Assembly: GCF_009914755.1 (NCBI RefSeq)
Contig: NC_060926.1
DNA: 64,000 nt
Reading direction: 5' to 3' (one strand)
DNA from: the human T2T-CHM13v2.0 reference genome, Homo sapiens
In this document: piece by piece, positions 1 through 15,994 of the stretch
Numbering within the stretch: the stretch's first letter is position 1
Layout of the letters: each line of letters starts with the position of its first letter
Translations under genes and position numbers: made by a program
The notes under the pieces: generated by a model
Told to the model about the DNA's origin: nothing
Database searches by the model: none
The model's input: the letters and a program-made list of their open reading frames with translations, nothing else

Positions 1-219
1 TCTAATGAACCTTACACACTGCTTCCATTATGCCTTTTCTAATTCCATTACTTCTACCTAGAATGTCTCTAAAACTTACCCATATTGCAAGATCCAGCTC
101 AAATATTACTTTCTGCATGAAAAATGTCCACATCACCCACACACAAATTAACTACTTCTTCCAGGAAGTCTTATAGCAGTTTATTCATATTACACAAATG
201 GGGCTTCTTTACCTCCTTG

Positions 220-265
220 TGTGGCAGTTTGTGTGTGTGTGGTGTATGTGTTTGTGTGTGTGTTA
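220..265. repeat. (TG)n imperfect microsatellite
   Basis: gtgtgtgtgtggtgtatgtgtttgtgtgtgtg seen directly. Confidence 0.85.
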
Positions 266-1017
266 TGTATACTCATTAATTATTTGGAAAGTTCCTAAGG
301 ACAAGGACCCCATCTTCAGATCCTAGCACAGTGTCCCTTGCTCACATTAACCTTCCCTCCTAGCCTATTCTCTACGCATCTGAGGCTGTCTGTTGAATTT
401 TTATTGCTTTTTTCTCTCTCTCTCTGGGTGATTCCTAATGCCTATGTAAGCTAGATGTCACATGCATATAATCATGGGAGGCTTGAAAGGGGAAAAGATT
501 TGATTTGCACTAAAACATATATTGTCTCACTCAGAAATGTATTTGTCTTTTCAAATTCCCTAAATTTTAATAACCTTTTCAACTCTTTTCAAATCTTCTA
601 CATTATCCATAAGCAGAAAATATAAAATAGTGAAATATAATGAAGATAAATAAGTTTTCCTACTGTTTCTCATATTATTCCCTTTTTAGCTAGAGTTTTT
701 TCACTATTGAAATAATATTTTACAAGCACCATGTTGATGACTCACAAGCATATAATTCAGCATCAATCAAATAAATAAATCAAAGCTAAAGGAGTCATGC
801 TTCAACTTCAATGTTGCAAATTGTGCTATCACCTAACAATTTCTTTTAGCGCCAATTAGTTAACTTAACCATCGCTAAGAGGTATAACTTTTAAAAGGGC
901 CAAACTTTATGGTCTCTCAATAGGCAGGTGCAGCTATGCCACAAAACATTCCATTGGTGTTTGTGCATGCACGAATTCTACAATCTTGCCAAATTCCATT
1001 CTACAATTTAAGAAGCC

Positions 1018-1075
1018 AAAAAAGAGGAAGAAGGAGGAGGAGGAGGATGAGGAGGAAAGAAAAATAAAGAAAATC
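1018..1075 (+). repeat. GA-rich low-complexity tract, (GGA)n-like
   Basis: aaagaggaagaaggaggaggaggaggatgaggaggaaagaaaa. Confidence 0.8.
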
Positions 1076-1214
1076 AAGTTAAACTGATTTCATAAAAGAA
1101 AAATATACCTCATAGGCATTCACTCTGGAATAAAACAACTCTCATTCAAGTTTCATTCACCCAATTTATATGATACTTGAGCCTAAGACATCAAAAAAGT
1201 CTAAGCTGGCCTCA

Positions 1215-1415
1215 CTCCAGTTACTAGTAAGCATTGTTTACTAGGCATGTAACAATAGTCTTAATATAGTAAGCTCTGGTTTCCTCATCTGGAAAATGGG
1301 GATTAAAACTAATGCTTGCTTCATAGAGCTATTACGGGAATTAAATAAAATAATGCACATTAAACAAAAACAGTGTTTAGACCACAGTTTGTGCTAAATA
1401 AAGTCAGCTATTATT
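1215..1415 (+). mobile_element. MIR SINE relic
   Basis: MIR core-like tttcctcatctggaaaatggggat...attaaataaaataatgcac, ending ataaagtcagctattatt. Confidence 0.75.
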
Positions 1416-1586
1416 TTCATGTGATAATAACTATTGCATTTATGCCAATCTGTGTGTATACAAAACCAAAATGAAACTAATGCAAGTACAAATATCAACT
1501 ATAAATTTTATTCCAGAGACTGATCTGTGAGAAATAAAAAGGTAAAGCCAGCATGGGCCTAATAACCTGCAATGATTTTCTAGGAC

Positions 1587-1708
1587 TCTCTGTATTGCCA
1601 GATAAAGATTCAGAAGGTTGATTATTAAGCTACTCAAGGAGATACCAGAGAAAGGTGAAAACCAACTTAAAGAAAAAAAATTTTTAAGTACAGGATATAT
1701 ATGAAAAA
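1587..1708 (+). mobile_element. Isolated internal fragment of an older L1 (L1PB-type ORF1 region)
   Basis: ttgccagataaagattcagaaggttgattattaagctactcaaggagataccagagaaaggtgaaaaccaacttaaagaa matches the remembered L1PBa-type ORF1 5' sequence. Confidence 0.7.
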
Positions 1709-2810
1709 CTAAACATTTTCAATTTCATATTGGCTTATTTTGGTTTAGAACATATGGATCTACTGTAAATGCTAATCATTTGTTATCTTGAATAAGTTCG
1801 GTGTGTAAAACATGTGAGTGATCCTGAGCCCCAGCTGAGGAAATGATATTTGAAATTTCCACAGCGAGTAAAGTTTTAGCAAACTGTGTCTGTGGTATAC
1901 CTGTGACAAATCAAACTAACGTGTGACAGTAGATTTTAACAACAACTCAAAATGCTATGATCTTGCACTCGGTTCTTTCAGCTACAAACATTAACCTTAG
2001 TTCATATCCTCATTTGTGGAAAGTTGTAACCCTATGGATGATCCACTGAGTTTTTCACCTTCTATCTGAGGATGTTGGTGGTGTTCAGGGTAGGTATCTC
2101 ATAAAGCTCCTAAATGACTTACCGATGGGGATAATAAGCATTTAATAAACAATTTATATTCCTGTTAGTCACACCAATGCCTTTTTAAAAGAGAGCAACT
2201 CAAAACCTTAAAAATCAAAACTTCCATTTTCTCTTATTATTAATTGAAATGCTTTCATTAATGGTGATAGAATAATTGGCATTTACTATTTAGGCTGCTA
2301 AATGTCCATTATCAAGTGCTGATGAGCTTCAAGAAATTGCCCTTCTTACTGCAGTGTAACCTGAATGCTTTCCACACTTCCATCAGCTCAGATAAGGTGC
2401 ACCAAATTATCTTTCCAACTACAGTTGTGTCACCTGAATGCAATTAACACCTTATTACGCGTTAAGGCATTTCTACAGGTAATAAATTAGTCATGGCTCA
2501 GTACCTTGCAATACTTCTTTAGTACAATACTTGATACACTCACTGTAGGCTATGGAAAATTCTGAAAACAATTAAATTTTTTAAAGCAATACAGAGATGA
2601 TTTTATATCTGTCTTAGTAATGCTGATTGTACAAGCACTCACAGGGAGGAAAGTAATAAACTGAAGATGTCTCTTTTATGACCACAGAGTTTCTTCTGGA
2701 TTCGAAGTTAGGTGTGAGAAAGCTGACAAATGTATTTCTAGAAATTTTTAATTAAATTACTAAATAATTCCTTTACTAGTTTTTGCTCCTGCTTTCTTTC
2801 CTACACTGAA

Positions 2811-3113
<303 letters not shown>

Positions 3114-4084
3114 TCTACACTGAAAAATTTTAAATATCAAAAATTAGCTATAACCATTTTATTTTTAAAAAATTACAAAATATATGAAAGGTATATACCT
3201 TATATGAAGATATAGGAGAAGATATATGAGGGCTTTATGTGATACCTCCCCTAAATGACACCAACATATCCAGATATATATATGAGAAGTATATCTTAAT
3301 AATTAACATACACAAATAATTTCAAAATTTTCTAATCAATTTATATATCTAAATTTTACCAGTTTGAAAATACCTTTTCCACATGTTTGTTATACAAGCC
3401 AAATGCAAATGTTAACAATTTGTCCCATAAATAAGAAAAATTCAGTTTAAAAAGAAAAATATATTGATAATTCAATAGGTTTTAACCCATCCCCAATTTT
3501 AAAACAATTTCTATTTGCATTTCTTTTGAGATTTAAATTTTCTACCTGTTTCCTTTCTCTTTTCCTAAAGAATCATAAATGACTAAAGGCAGGCACAGAA
3601 TTTGTCATTCGTAACATCAGTTCTTCCAAGGAAACTAGAGAACCTTTTCTAAGTTCAGATAGAAATTATAAGATACTTGATTTATCCACTAAATATCAGC
3701 TGTAGTTTTACTGCTATAGAACTGAGTTTTCAGTGTATCATGCACACAGCAGTAAAGTATTCAAAAGTTATGTGCAAATAAGCATCTCTTTAGAATTTGC
3801 CTGACTTTTTGTAACATAAGTGATACAACTTTTTTTTCTTTCCTTGTCAGGAAACTAGGCACTAGTATTAAGTGCCACATAAATAGCTAATTGGGTGGAA
3901 TGATCAGAAGATTACATAAACCACTTCTCAGGTAGAAGCCTCTGAGACAAACTACAGAAGAATGTGGGTCAAATGTTTCATTGCCTTCCTCTGTGCATAT
4001 ACAATTAATATCTCTTAATGAATTTCAGATTGTCAGCTTTCAGCTTTCTCATTAAACTACAAATCAAGCCATGATTACAAAACC

Positions 4085-4612
4085 TGTTAGAAGGTTGAGA
4101 TCACTCTGGTCCCCTTCCTCATGTTGCAGATAAGAAACTAAAATTTAAAAAGGTTAAATGACTTGCTCAAGGTCACATAGTGAAGATCTAGATCTTTTTT
4201 TTTTTTTTTTTGACCTTTTTTTTTTTATTATACTTTAAGTTTTAGGGTACATGTGCACAATGTGCAGGTTAGTTACATATGTATACATGTGCCATGCTGG
4301 TGTGCTGCACCCATTAACTCATCATTTAGCATTAGGTATATCTCCTAATGCTATCCCTCCCCCCTCCCCCCACCCCACAACAGTCCCCAGAGTGTGATGT
4401 TCCCCTTCCTGTGTCCATGTGTTCTCATTGTTCAATTCCCATCTATGAGTGAGAACATGCGGTGTTTGGTTGTTTGTCCTTGCGATAGTTTACTGAGAAT
4501 GATGATTTCCACTTTCATCCATGTCCCTACAAAGGACATGAACTCATCATTTTTTATGGCTGTATAGTATTCCAGATCTTATGACACCTCATCTGGAACT
4601 TTCATCACTACA
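4085..4612 (-). mobile_element. MIR relic split by the L1PA3 insertion
   Basis: cagataagaaact...aggttaaatgacttgctcaaggtcaca before 4190; resumes as ccagatcttatgac...cactaca after 4574. Confidence 0.7.
4196..4573 (-). mobile_element. 5'-truncated L1PA3-like 3' end (~380 bp)
   Basis: Poly(T), then attatactttaagttttagggtacatgtgc...; diagnostic cattaactcatcatttagcattagg and ccatgctggtg; TSD agatctt at 4190-4196 and 4574-4580. Confidence 0.95.
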
Positions 4613-4984
4613 GTACATGGGGTGGAGGGGAGGGGCCCATGACTTACCAAAGAAGCTCTGGGCACTGTTTATTACTGTTTCTAGAAATGGTACTTGGTAG
4701 ATTAAAGCATATTCTTATATCCACATAGTATGTCCTAAATTTGATAATGATTTTTATTTGACCCATAATAGAGTAGCTATAATTGCATAAAATAATTTTC
4801 CTACAATGAGACATTTTAATTATATAGAAGATTTCAGAATATTTTCAGATAGGGAAGGAGTAACCCAATGAAGTTTCAGCATTATTAAAATTGTTCTTAT
4901 AACTTACAATTTTAGAGCAGTTTTGCCTTATATTTTTCTTATATAATTTATCAAATCCAAAAAATTGAAGTTGAACTACGCATA

Positions 4985-5366
4985 TAGATGCTTCTTGATT
5001 CATGGTTGGGTTACATCCTGATAAACACGTTATAAGTTGAAAATACCCAAAGTTAAAAACGCATTTAGTTAAAAATGCATTTAATACACTTAACCTAGAG
5101 AACATCATAGCTTAGCCTAGCCTACCTTAAACATGCTCAAACATTTACGTTAGCCTACGGTTGCGCAAAAACATCAAACACAAAGCCTGTTTTATAACAA
5201 AATGTTGAACATCTCATGGAACTTATTAAATACATTATTGACAGTGAAAAATAGAATAGTCATATGAGTACTCAAAGGACATTTCTACTGAATGCACATG
5301 GCTCTTCCACCATCATAAATTTGAAAAATCCATAAACCAATCTATCATCAAGTCAGGAAGTATCTG
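4985..5366 (+). mobile_element. MER47A non-autonomous DNA transposon (TcMar-Tigger)
   Basis: Matches remembered consensus: acatcatagcttagcctagcctaccttaaac, acacaaagcct, ttctactgaatgc; degenerate TIRs tagatgc.../...tatctg; TA flanks. Confidence 0.85.
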
Positions 5367-5924
5367 TACTGTATACGAACCATTTCTTTTTTTCTCAAAA
5401 TGTAAAGCCTTCTATAACAATATATGGAACGGTTGAAGACATATATGAAAATGTAATAATAAGGACATAACTTAAGTAACAGTCATAAAACACATTGAAA
5501 AGGTTTTTAGAGAATATTCTATAACTTTTACACAGTTATGGTGCTTCTACTAATGCATTATTTTTCTACAGTGATTAGTAAGGTCTAAATAGTATTTTTA
5601 AAGACAGCTCTTTAGTTGCAGTTAGTTCAGAATTGAGTTAAGGTTTGCTATGCTCAGAACTAATGTTTAATTATTCCTTTAGACCAATACTATTTTCCCA
5701 TATAGCAGTCGCTGGTATCTACTGGAATGATTACTTATATAGTAATTAGGTATTTCTATTCTATTCCTATTCTCAAGACTGTACTTTAACAATAACTCTA
5801 AGATTTGATAAACTATCCAAGGTAAGACACCTATAATATACTGCCAACAAATTATTAAACAATGTATTAATGAAAACAGATACTGGCTGTGGTTGAGGGT
5901 TGTTTTTCTGTACAATGATTATAA

Positions 5925-6190
5925 ACACCATTGTTGTAGTAATTTCACCTCTAGAAATACATGTTACGGAAATCAAGAAGTAGTCAAAGATTTATGAAAA
6001 AAATGTTTATTATGGCATTATCTAAAGTAACTGACACATGAAAAAAATCATTGACATTAGAAAATTGTTAGCAAGTAAATCGTGGCAAATAGTTCTACTT
6101 TATTCCTTCTGTGTATTTTTCAAGCTTTTTTAAATGAATACCTATTACTTGTATCATCCTAAATAAAAGCTTTAGAAACGCTTTTTAAAT
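5925..6190 (+). mobile_element. Old L1M 3'-region relic
   Basis: gtaatttcacctctagaaatac...aatgtttattatggcatta; highly degraded. Confidence 0.4.
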
Positions 6191-6334
6191 GCCTGAAATT
6201 AAAGCTGAAATTAAACAGATTCACAATGATACATTTGCCTTGCCAGAAGCTATATTGTATTGAATGTATGCTGAGACATTGTAATTTCCAAAGAGGGCCA
6301 CTGCAATATAACTCATCTGACAGACTCTTCTTAC

Positions 6335-7253
6335 AATGTGACAGCTAATGGTGAGGTCTAAGTCTCCTCCCTTTGAATTTCAGCTGACATTTGTGAGCAC
6401 ATCCCCCAAAAGAGTATGTTGAAACGATTTCCATGATCAGATCATAAAAATGCCATGCATTTCCATCTTGGTTTTTTGTTTGTTTATTTGTTTTTTGTTT
6501 GGTTGGTTGGTTGGTATTTTTGAAACATTATTTCTATGAACACTGCCACCACAGTGTGAAGAGGTCCAATCTTACCCATGTTGGGGTTACCTCATCTTGT
6601 TCTGACCAACACTACCAGCTAAAGTCCTCCAAATAGTCAACATCAACCCCCAGAAATGTGAGTAAAGAAGTCTAAAAATTAATCCATTCCCCAGCTATCT
6701 AATCTTCTCTGAATTTTTTCATTTGAAGCCCCAAACAAGCCATGCTTATAGGTACAGTTTGATTGTCTCCTACATAATTCATGTTGAAATTTAATTACAA
6801 TTGTAACAGTACTGAAAGGTAGGGTCTTTAAGAGGTGATTAGGTCATGAGGCCTCTGCCCTCATGAATGGATTAATGCCATTACCTCTAGAGTGGCTTAG
6901 TTGTCCTGGGAGTGGGCTCTTGATAAAAGGATGGGTTTGGCCTGATTTCCTCTTTCTGTCTACAATGCTCACTTGCCCTCCTGCCATGTTATGACATAGC
7001 AAGAAGGCCCTTACCAGCTATGGGCCCTTGATCTTAGGCTTCCCAGCCTTCAGAATCATGAGCCAAATACACTTCTTTTAAAAAAAAAATTTATCCAGTT
7101 TGTCATATTCTATTATGGCAGCACAGGACCAATTAAGACACTCGCTGTACCCTTTCTCAATTTCTGAAACACATAATCTGTGATCATAAAATGATTATTG
7201 TTTATACCACTAAGATGAGGTGGTTTGTTTTACATCAATAAATATTTGGAACA
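6335..7253 (+). mobile_element. MLT1 (H/G-like) MaLR LTR interrupted by MSTD
   Basis: MLT1-like motifs tgccaccacagtgtgaag and atcaacccccagaaatgtgagt; 3' end ccactaagatgaggtggtttgttttacatcaataaatatttggaaca. Confidence 0.65.
6748..7140 (+). mobile_element. MSTD-like MaLR solo LTR
   Basis: tctttaagaggtgattaggtcatgaggcctctgccctcatgaatggattaatgcc...gataaaaggatg; ends taagaca. Confidence 0.85.
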
Positions 7254-8017
7254 CATGCCTCTCCAAGAGAGAAATAGTCACTTTCCACCAGAAGAGAAGA
7301 AATAAAAAATCAATAAGACAATCAACTGTCCCACTAACAAAGAGAGCAAATAAAAACTTTGCAAAAATAATTGAGTTAATAAAAATAAAACTGTGTTAAA
7401 AGAGAATTGAATCATCTTGCCTTAAATGCTTAGAACCAAAACTGAATTTTTAGAAAATATTGAATATGTAGCAAATTCCTTACTGCAAAAGGGAAATCAC
7501 CCAATTTCACTCTAATGGTTGAAAACCTTGATGTCAGCCTCAGTTATCCAAAGCAAAGACTAACAAAATAGGAGAAAGTGGAAAAGATACATTTTTACTT
7601 TGAGAATATGTATAGCAGTACAAAAGAAATTGCTACAATGGAATAAAACAAAAATTTCTGAGGCTGGAAACCAATTTTAAAAAGGAAAACAAAACACTTT
7701 TGAATATAACTTTAAGCTACATTTCTGATGTCACCAGAGTCACAAGGTGGATAAAATGCAACTATTTTTAGTACTACTGTAGTAAGGAATTGTTTTAACT
7801 AATAACTTAGCATCCATCAGATTAATACAGAACAATCATATCCTTTGCTATGCATGTGTGCCATTTTATACTGTCTGATATGATCTGAGTGTAATTTACT
7901 TGTTCCTTTGGGTTTGTGGTTGTTGTCACATCTAGACACATAAACATCATAGGCAGTAGATGAGACTAATTAAATAATTATTTTCTGCATAGAGTTATAA
8001 GCTAAAAAGGTAATTAA

Positions 8018-9215
8018 ATCATTCATTCACACAGTAGGGTAAGTATTTACTAAAGAGTAAATATGGGGTGCTAAGACACATCTAACAAAGCCTTAGGTTA
8101 GGAGTAGGAGGGAAAGGTTAAAGTTAGGTTCCCAAAAAAGGTGATGTCTCAACTGGCTCCTGAACAGCAAATAAAACTGCATCAGATAGAGACAAGTGGT
8201 AAGATGTTCTAGGCAGAGTTGCAACCTACACAAAAGCTTAGAGGAGAAGAAGAGTATGACATATTTAGGGAGCTCCAAGTAATTCAGTTTGAATAGAGCT
8301 GAGGCTATTAGGTGGAGAGTGGCAGTAGATGAGAGTAAAGAGACTAAATAGGGAAGTAGGGACAGAATGTGATGTACCCCACACATGATTTTCTATTCAG
8401 GTTTCATGCTATGACTTTGAAGTGTTTTGCATAAGAGAGTGTTATGATGAGACTTCTTTCTGTAAAGATCTCTCTCAATGGAAGCAAAAGGATAAAAAGG
8501 AGCAAAATAATCAATTAGAAGGTACTTTCTATTGATCAAAGGAAAAGAGTAGAGGCCTCAAATAAATAGGGACAAAGGAATTGGAGATAAGTGGACAGAT
8601 AGATTTGAGTGATGTTAAGATAGCACCATCAATGAAATTTGTTGATTTATTGTTTGTGAACCTGAGAAAAGGTATTGGAATTGAGAATGTACCAGAATGT
8701 CTGGCTTGAACAACTAAGATCATGGTGGTGCCCATTTCTGAAACAAGAAATATAAGCAGAATATTTGATTACGATGAGGTTAACAGAGACATCGATTTTT
8801 AGAAATGTTGACTTTCAGATGCCAATGGAACACCCAGGTGGAGAGCTAAAGAGACTCATCTGGAACTCAGGGAAACGATTCATTTTAGAGCTAGCGGTTG
8901 AAGAACAATAGTTTATAGATGGTGAGCAAGTGAAATTAACTTCAAAGAGTGTATCAAGTGAGATATACAGAGGATATATGGAGGATTAACTATGTGGAAA
9001 CCAATGTTATTTATAGGTAAAGAAAGAAAGGAAAACATTGAGAAAGTGGCTAACAAAGAAAAATCATATAGGTAAGAGGAAGCTCAAAAGGGAGTGGAAT
9101 CACAGAAGCAAAGAATATAGAACTGTTTATTTAAAAAGAAGAATTTGTCAACAGTTCAAATGCTGCAGAGAAGTAAGCAAAATGAACACTAGAAAATTTC
9201 CGTTAAATTTAGCCT
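8018..9215 (-). mobile_element. L2 LINE relic
   Basis: Starts tcattcattca (reverse L2 tail); typical antisense L2 blocks, e.g. tcaacagttcaaatgctgcagagaagtaagcaaaatgaacactagaaaat. Confidence 0.75.
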
Positions 9216-10532
9216 TTATTTTTGCTAGTCACAAACATTCAATATGATTTGCCCCATCTATGTCTCTAGGCTTCCACTAACTTCAGTTTGAGAACCTGGT
9301 AAACTATAGGAATCATAAATACAGGGACATTTGAGACAAGTAGGGATTTTTAAAGAATTATATTTATGCCATTCAAAATCTTTCCATTAGAACAGCACTA
9401 TATAACAGAAACTTTTTCTAAAATTGCTTCTGTAATTATTATCAAAACACATTTAGTTTAGTAATTATTAATTTGTCACAAGTTCCTACTTTGAAAATAG
9501 TTAAACTGAAGCACATAGACATTTAGTGATCTCTCAAGGTGTCTTAAAGTACAGGAAATGGACAGGGTTTTATGTATTCTGAAACAAAGGAATACATTCT
9601 TATGTATTCCTATGTACAAAACTCTAAAATCCATGTTAATTTCCTTTAGAACATTTTAAAAATGTCATATTATTCAGCTTTTATTTTTAAATAGAAACAA
9701 ACAACTTTAGCATTTCATATAATTAAGTTTCACCTCATGTGCGATTCTTTAAAGCCTTAATCAGTTTGTCAATTAACAAACAAATTAAAAACCTTATTTA
9801 TTCTAGTTATGCCTGGAAGCTGATGTTCCTAATAAAATTCTTCTTACATAAATAAAAGTAAATACCTTAAAGAATTGACTTTTTCCCAACTCTCAGAATT
9901 ATAAACTAGTTATTATACATCCTGAGTGCTTTTGATACTTTCTAAGTACAAAGCAGAGAGGGAATTTGTTAATTCCTTCTGCACTATAATATCACTGTGT
10001 TTAACCACACTGTACTCTTTCAGTGGGTGGATAGCAATGGTAGACATGCAAACCAAATTGACTCCCACAACTGCTGCGGATATTGGCTATATGTTGTCAA
10101 AGGCTTTCTCACCACATCCAGCGGAAAATAAATACAAGGCATGGTCAACAAAGTGCTCTCATATGCCACATTTAGGCCTGAGCAACTAGAAGAAATCTGT
10201 ATATAAGGGAAGGTAGTTTTTATTGCTTAAAAGTCCACATGTTTTATTCAACTTAAATACAGAAATAAAATAAATCTGTCATCCTACCATCAGTATATGA
10301 AATGAGTAGGTAGATGTACCATATAAGTCCACAGCTAAGGATAACTTAAAAATCAATAGTCATCACCACAACAAAAAAGGCAAGAGACAATGATTTAAGA
10401 AATTGTTAGTTGCTCATTATTTCAATGGATATGTGCTAAGAGTCTAATTGTAGTGCTAGGCACTAGGAGAAATAGTCATGGTCCTGCCCATGAGAACATT
10501 AGAAGAACACCAAGTGGGAGAACTGAATTTAA

Positions 10533-10550
10533 AAAGAAAGAAAGAAAGAA

Positions 10551-10633
<83 letters not shown>
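10533..10633. repeat. (GAAA)n tetranucleotide STR, ~24 units
   Basis: Seen directly; one gaaaa interruption. Confidence 0.98.
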
Positions 10634-10674
10634 TTGAAAAGGACTTTGGCATAATACAACACATCAGGAGGCAT

Positions 10675-11092
10675 GGTGTGGCCGCCTACCCAATTGTTAC
10701 CACCTTTTAAACCCGCCCACCTTTTCTCCCCTGAGATATCTGCTCTCCTATTTCCCGCCATAACTTTAAGGGGTATGAGACTTAGCCCCGATTACAAAGT
10801 GAATAATGATTGGTAGAAGGCAATCATTACATACTGGTTTCCAAGTGGGCATGTAATACAATTTTATCCATTAAAATAGAAAAATTCCGCTATGGTCTTT
10901 GGGAAAATGCTTCCTCCCTAATAATAATTATAGAAACAGAGGAAGTTCCCCTATTCCATTGCATGTTGTATGTCATGATAGGATATCTGATTCTGCTGTT
11001 GCCATTTTATGGTTATTAAGGCTGCTAGCCTAGGAACTAGTAGATGTGTAAACATGCTGAGAATGGTAGGGAAAGGAAAATACAAACACATA

Positions 11093-11130
<38 letters not shown>

Positions 11131-11250
11131 AGCTCCTAATGATGTCTTTAAAACGCTAACTTATTGGTGTGATAGATAAGGAATTGTCTATATGGTTAAT
11201 ATGAGTCAGAGTTGTCTGCTCATTACAGCCAAATGCATGCTAACCAATAC
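10675..11250 (+). mobile_element. MLT1J/K-like MaLR LTR relic containing (CA)n at 11085-11129
   Basis: ttccaagtgggcatgtaataca...; ends tacagccaaatgcatgctaaccaataca. Confidence 0.55.
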
Positions 11251-12937
11251 AAACACTTTTAATTTACAGATGAAGTACTAATAGAGACCTGGAGAGTCAC
11301 AGAGGTCTGTCACATGTTAAACAACTAGCTATATCTAGTAATCTTAGTAGCCAATCTCCTGATCAATGATCGTCAGATTTGAGATGGCTGCTCTTCACCC
11401 AAGCTAACCTGACCATGATGCATTAAGGAAGTAACCCTGTATTCCTGATCCATCGTCATGGTTTGGAAAGTACCATTCCCACGTTTCCATTATGGCCTAC
11501 CAGAGTGCTTATAGATTAACCAGAAGTGGGTATGATTATTATGTACTAAAACCAAGATATAAGTTGCCATAAAATAATTTCTGATGCATATTGCATGTAA
11601 CCCGGTGAAGCCATGTGCTGCTTTTTATCACTTCAGCCAGCAAAGGTAATTCCTTGAACTCTGAAAATTTGGAGGTTTGAAAGCAAGTTTATTTTAATTC
11701 TAAAAAATTTTAAGGATGATTCTTGATCCCTCTAATGTACTATCCCTCTAGTGAAAAACCATGTTTTCATAGATTTCTGGTATGGTTTGATACACATCAA
11801 TTGATGCTTAAAAATCACAGTCAATATTCAAGAGTATTTTAAAGTAAACAAAATGTTCCAATAGGTGTACATTGCAAAGCAAAATTTATTACATGGATGG
11901 ACTGGCATGTGGTGTCAAAATCTGAGTAGAGTGGAAAGTTAATATGGAACGGTGCTTATGGGGAATCACAGACCAAATATGGTGCATAAGGCATGCAAGG
12001 GGGGATGGGCATAACTGGCCATAGGAGACTAATTACATACAGGAAAATTGATTAGATAAGTAAATATATTAAAGATAATGGGTATCAGACTTCTAGCAGG
12101 AGGAGAAGAGAATTAAAAATATGGAAAAGGAGAGAACAAGAAAAAACCCTGTGGCAATATTAGATTGGAATTGGAGCTATTGGTTTTTAGTATATACATA
12201 GGTAGAAATAAAAACAAGTATACTTGTAAATGTATGTAAACACATATGTATGTATACATATTTACATATATACACACATGCATACACACATATATGTAAG
12301 TGTGCATAACCATATGGTATATTTCCTAGCTCATCTACTGGGAGGGTCTGGAGCAGTGACACCCCAATTGCATTGAGTACACCTAGCATCCAGATCATAG
12401 AAGCAGGACTCCTTGAAGAAATGATTGATATCAGTGCTGGGCCAAGGAAAGTATAAGATAAACCTGGAATATTTTATTGTGCCAAAAAGTAAGAAAATGC
12501 TCACAGAATTATGAGGACTTGTCAAAAAGGCCTAAGGACTGGTTTTAGGGCATCCCGCTAGTCAATCCTTGGAAATTTGAGCATCAAAATAAATAACTGA
12601 ATAAATAGGAAACTTATTCCATATTGATATTAATAAATAAGGAAGACATTGAAAATTTGATGAGGAACATAACATTTACATAGTTACATTGTACTATCCC
12701 ACAAAAGACTTAACAATTACAAATAAGAAAAAAATAACTTCACAGTGGAGAACATTGGAAGACATCAACTTAATCAAGCAAAGTCAACATCATCAATAAT
12801 GGAACAAATCAAAATTGTGCCCCAACTGATAAAATGCAATGAGAATAACAGTATTACTCCTGTCACATGCCTACGAAAAATGCATAACCTGAATCTAAAT
12901 ATGAGGAGACTGTTTTTAAATTTAAGTTCCATAATTA

Positions 12938-15599
<2,662 letters not shown>

Positions 15600-15994
15600 T
15601 ATTTAGGTATGGTGAGGCCAACAGATTAAGAGACAAATCATCATTGAATACACAGTTTATTACAGTTCCAAAGAGGAAGGAGCACACCATGTCATGCAGG
15701 GCCACACCAGGGTCGATCAAGAGGGAGAAAGAGCAAGGGAAAAGCATGAGCAGGAGCCTTTATTGTAGGTTCCTTGGAAAAGGCAAAGCAAGGCAGAGTA
15801 GGCAGGTTTAGGATTGGCTAATTTGAAGAATTTCAGTAGGCTCAGAGACATAGGGGCATCTCTAGTTTTCTGATACCTGACCCTGGCATGATTCCTGCAA
15901 AGGAATATTGCTTCGTGGCATGAAAGAGCCAGAGAAAGGAGGTGCCTCAGGGTCTGTGCTCAGGATAGGCTTATTTGCATATGAAATGCATTCT

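Noticed and set aside
843-880. Imperfect inverted repeat cttttagcg...cgctaagag
   Set aside because: Too short to distinguish from chance.
9867-9941. Exon-like segment on the minus strand (good acceptor, AAG|gtattt)
   Set aside because: Stop codons in all three frames and no supporting evidence.
10453-10761. KERK- or FFLS-repeat ORFs (also 61592-61931)
   Set aside because: Translations of (GAAA)n microsatellites, not genes.
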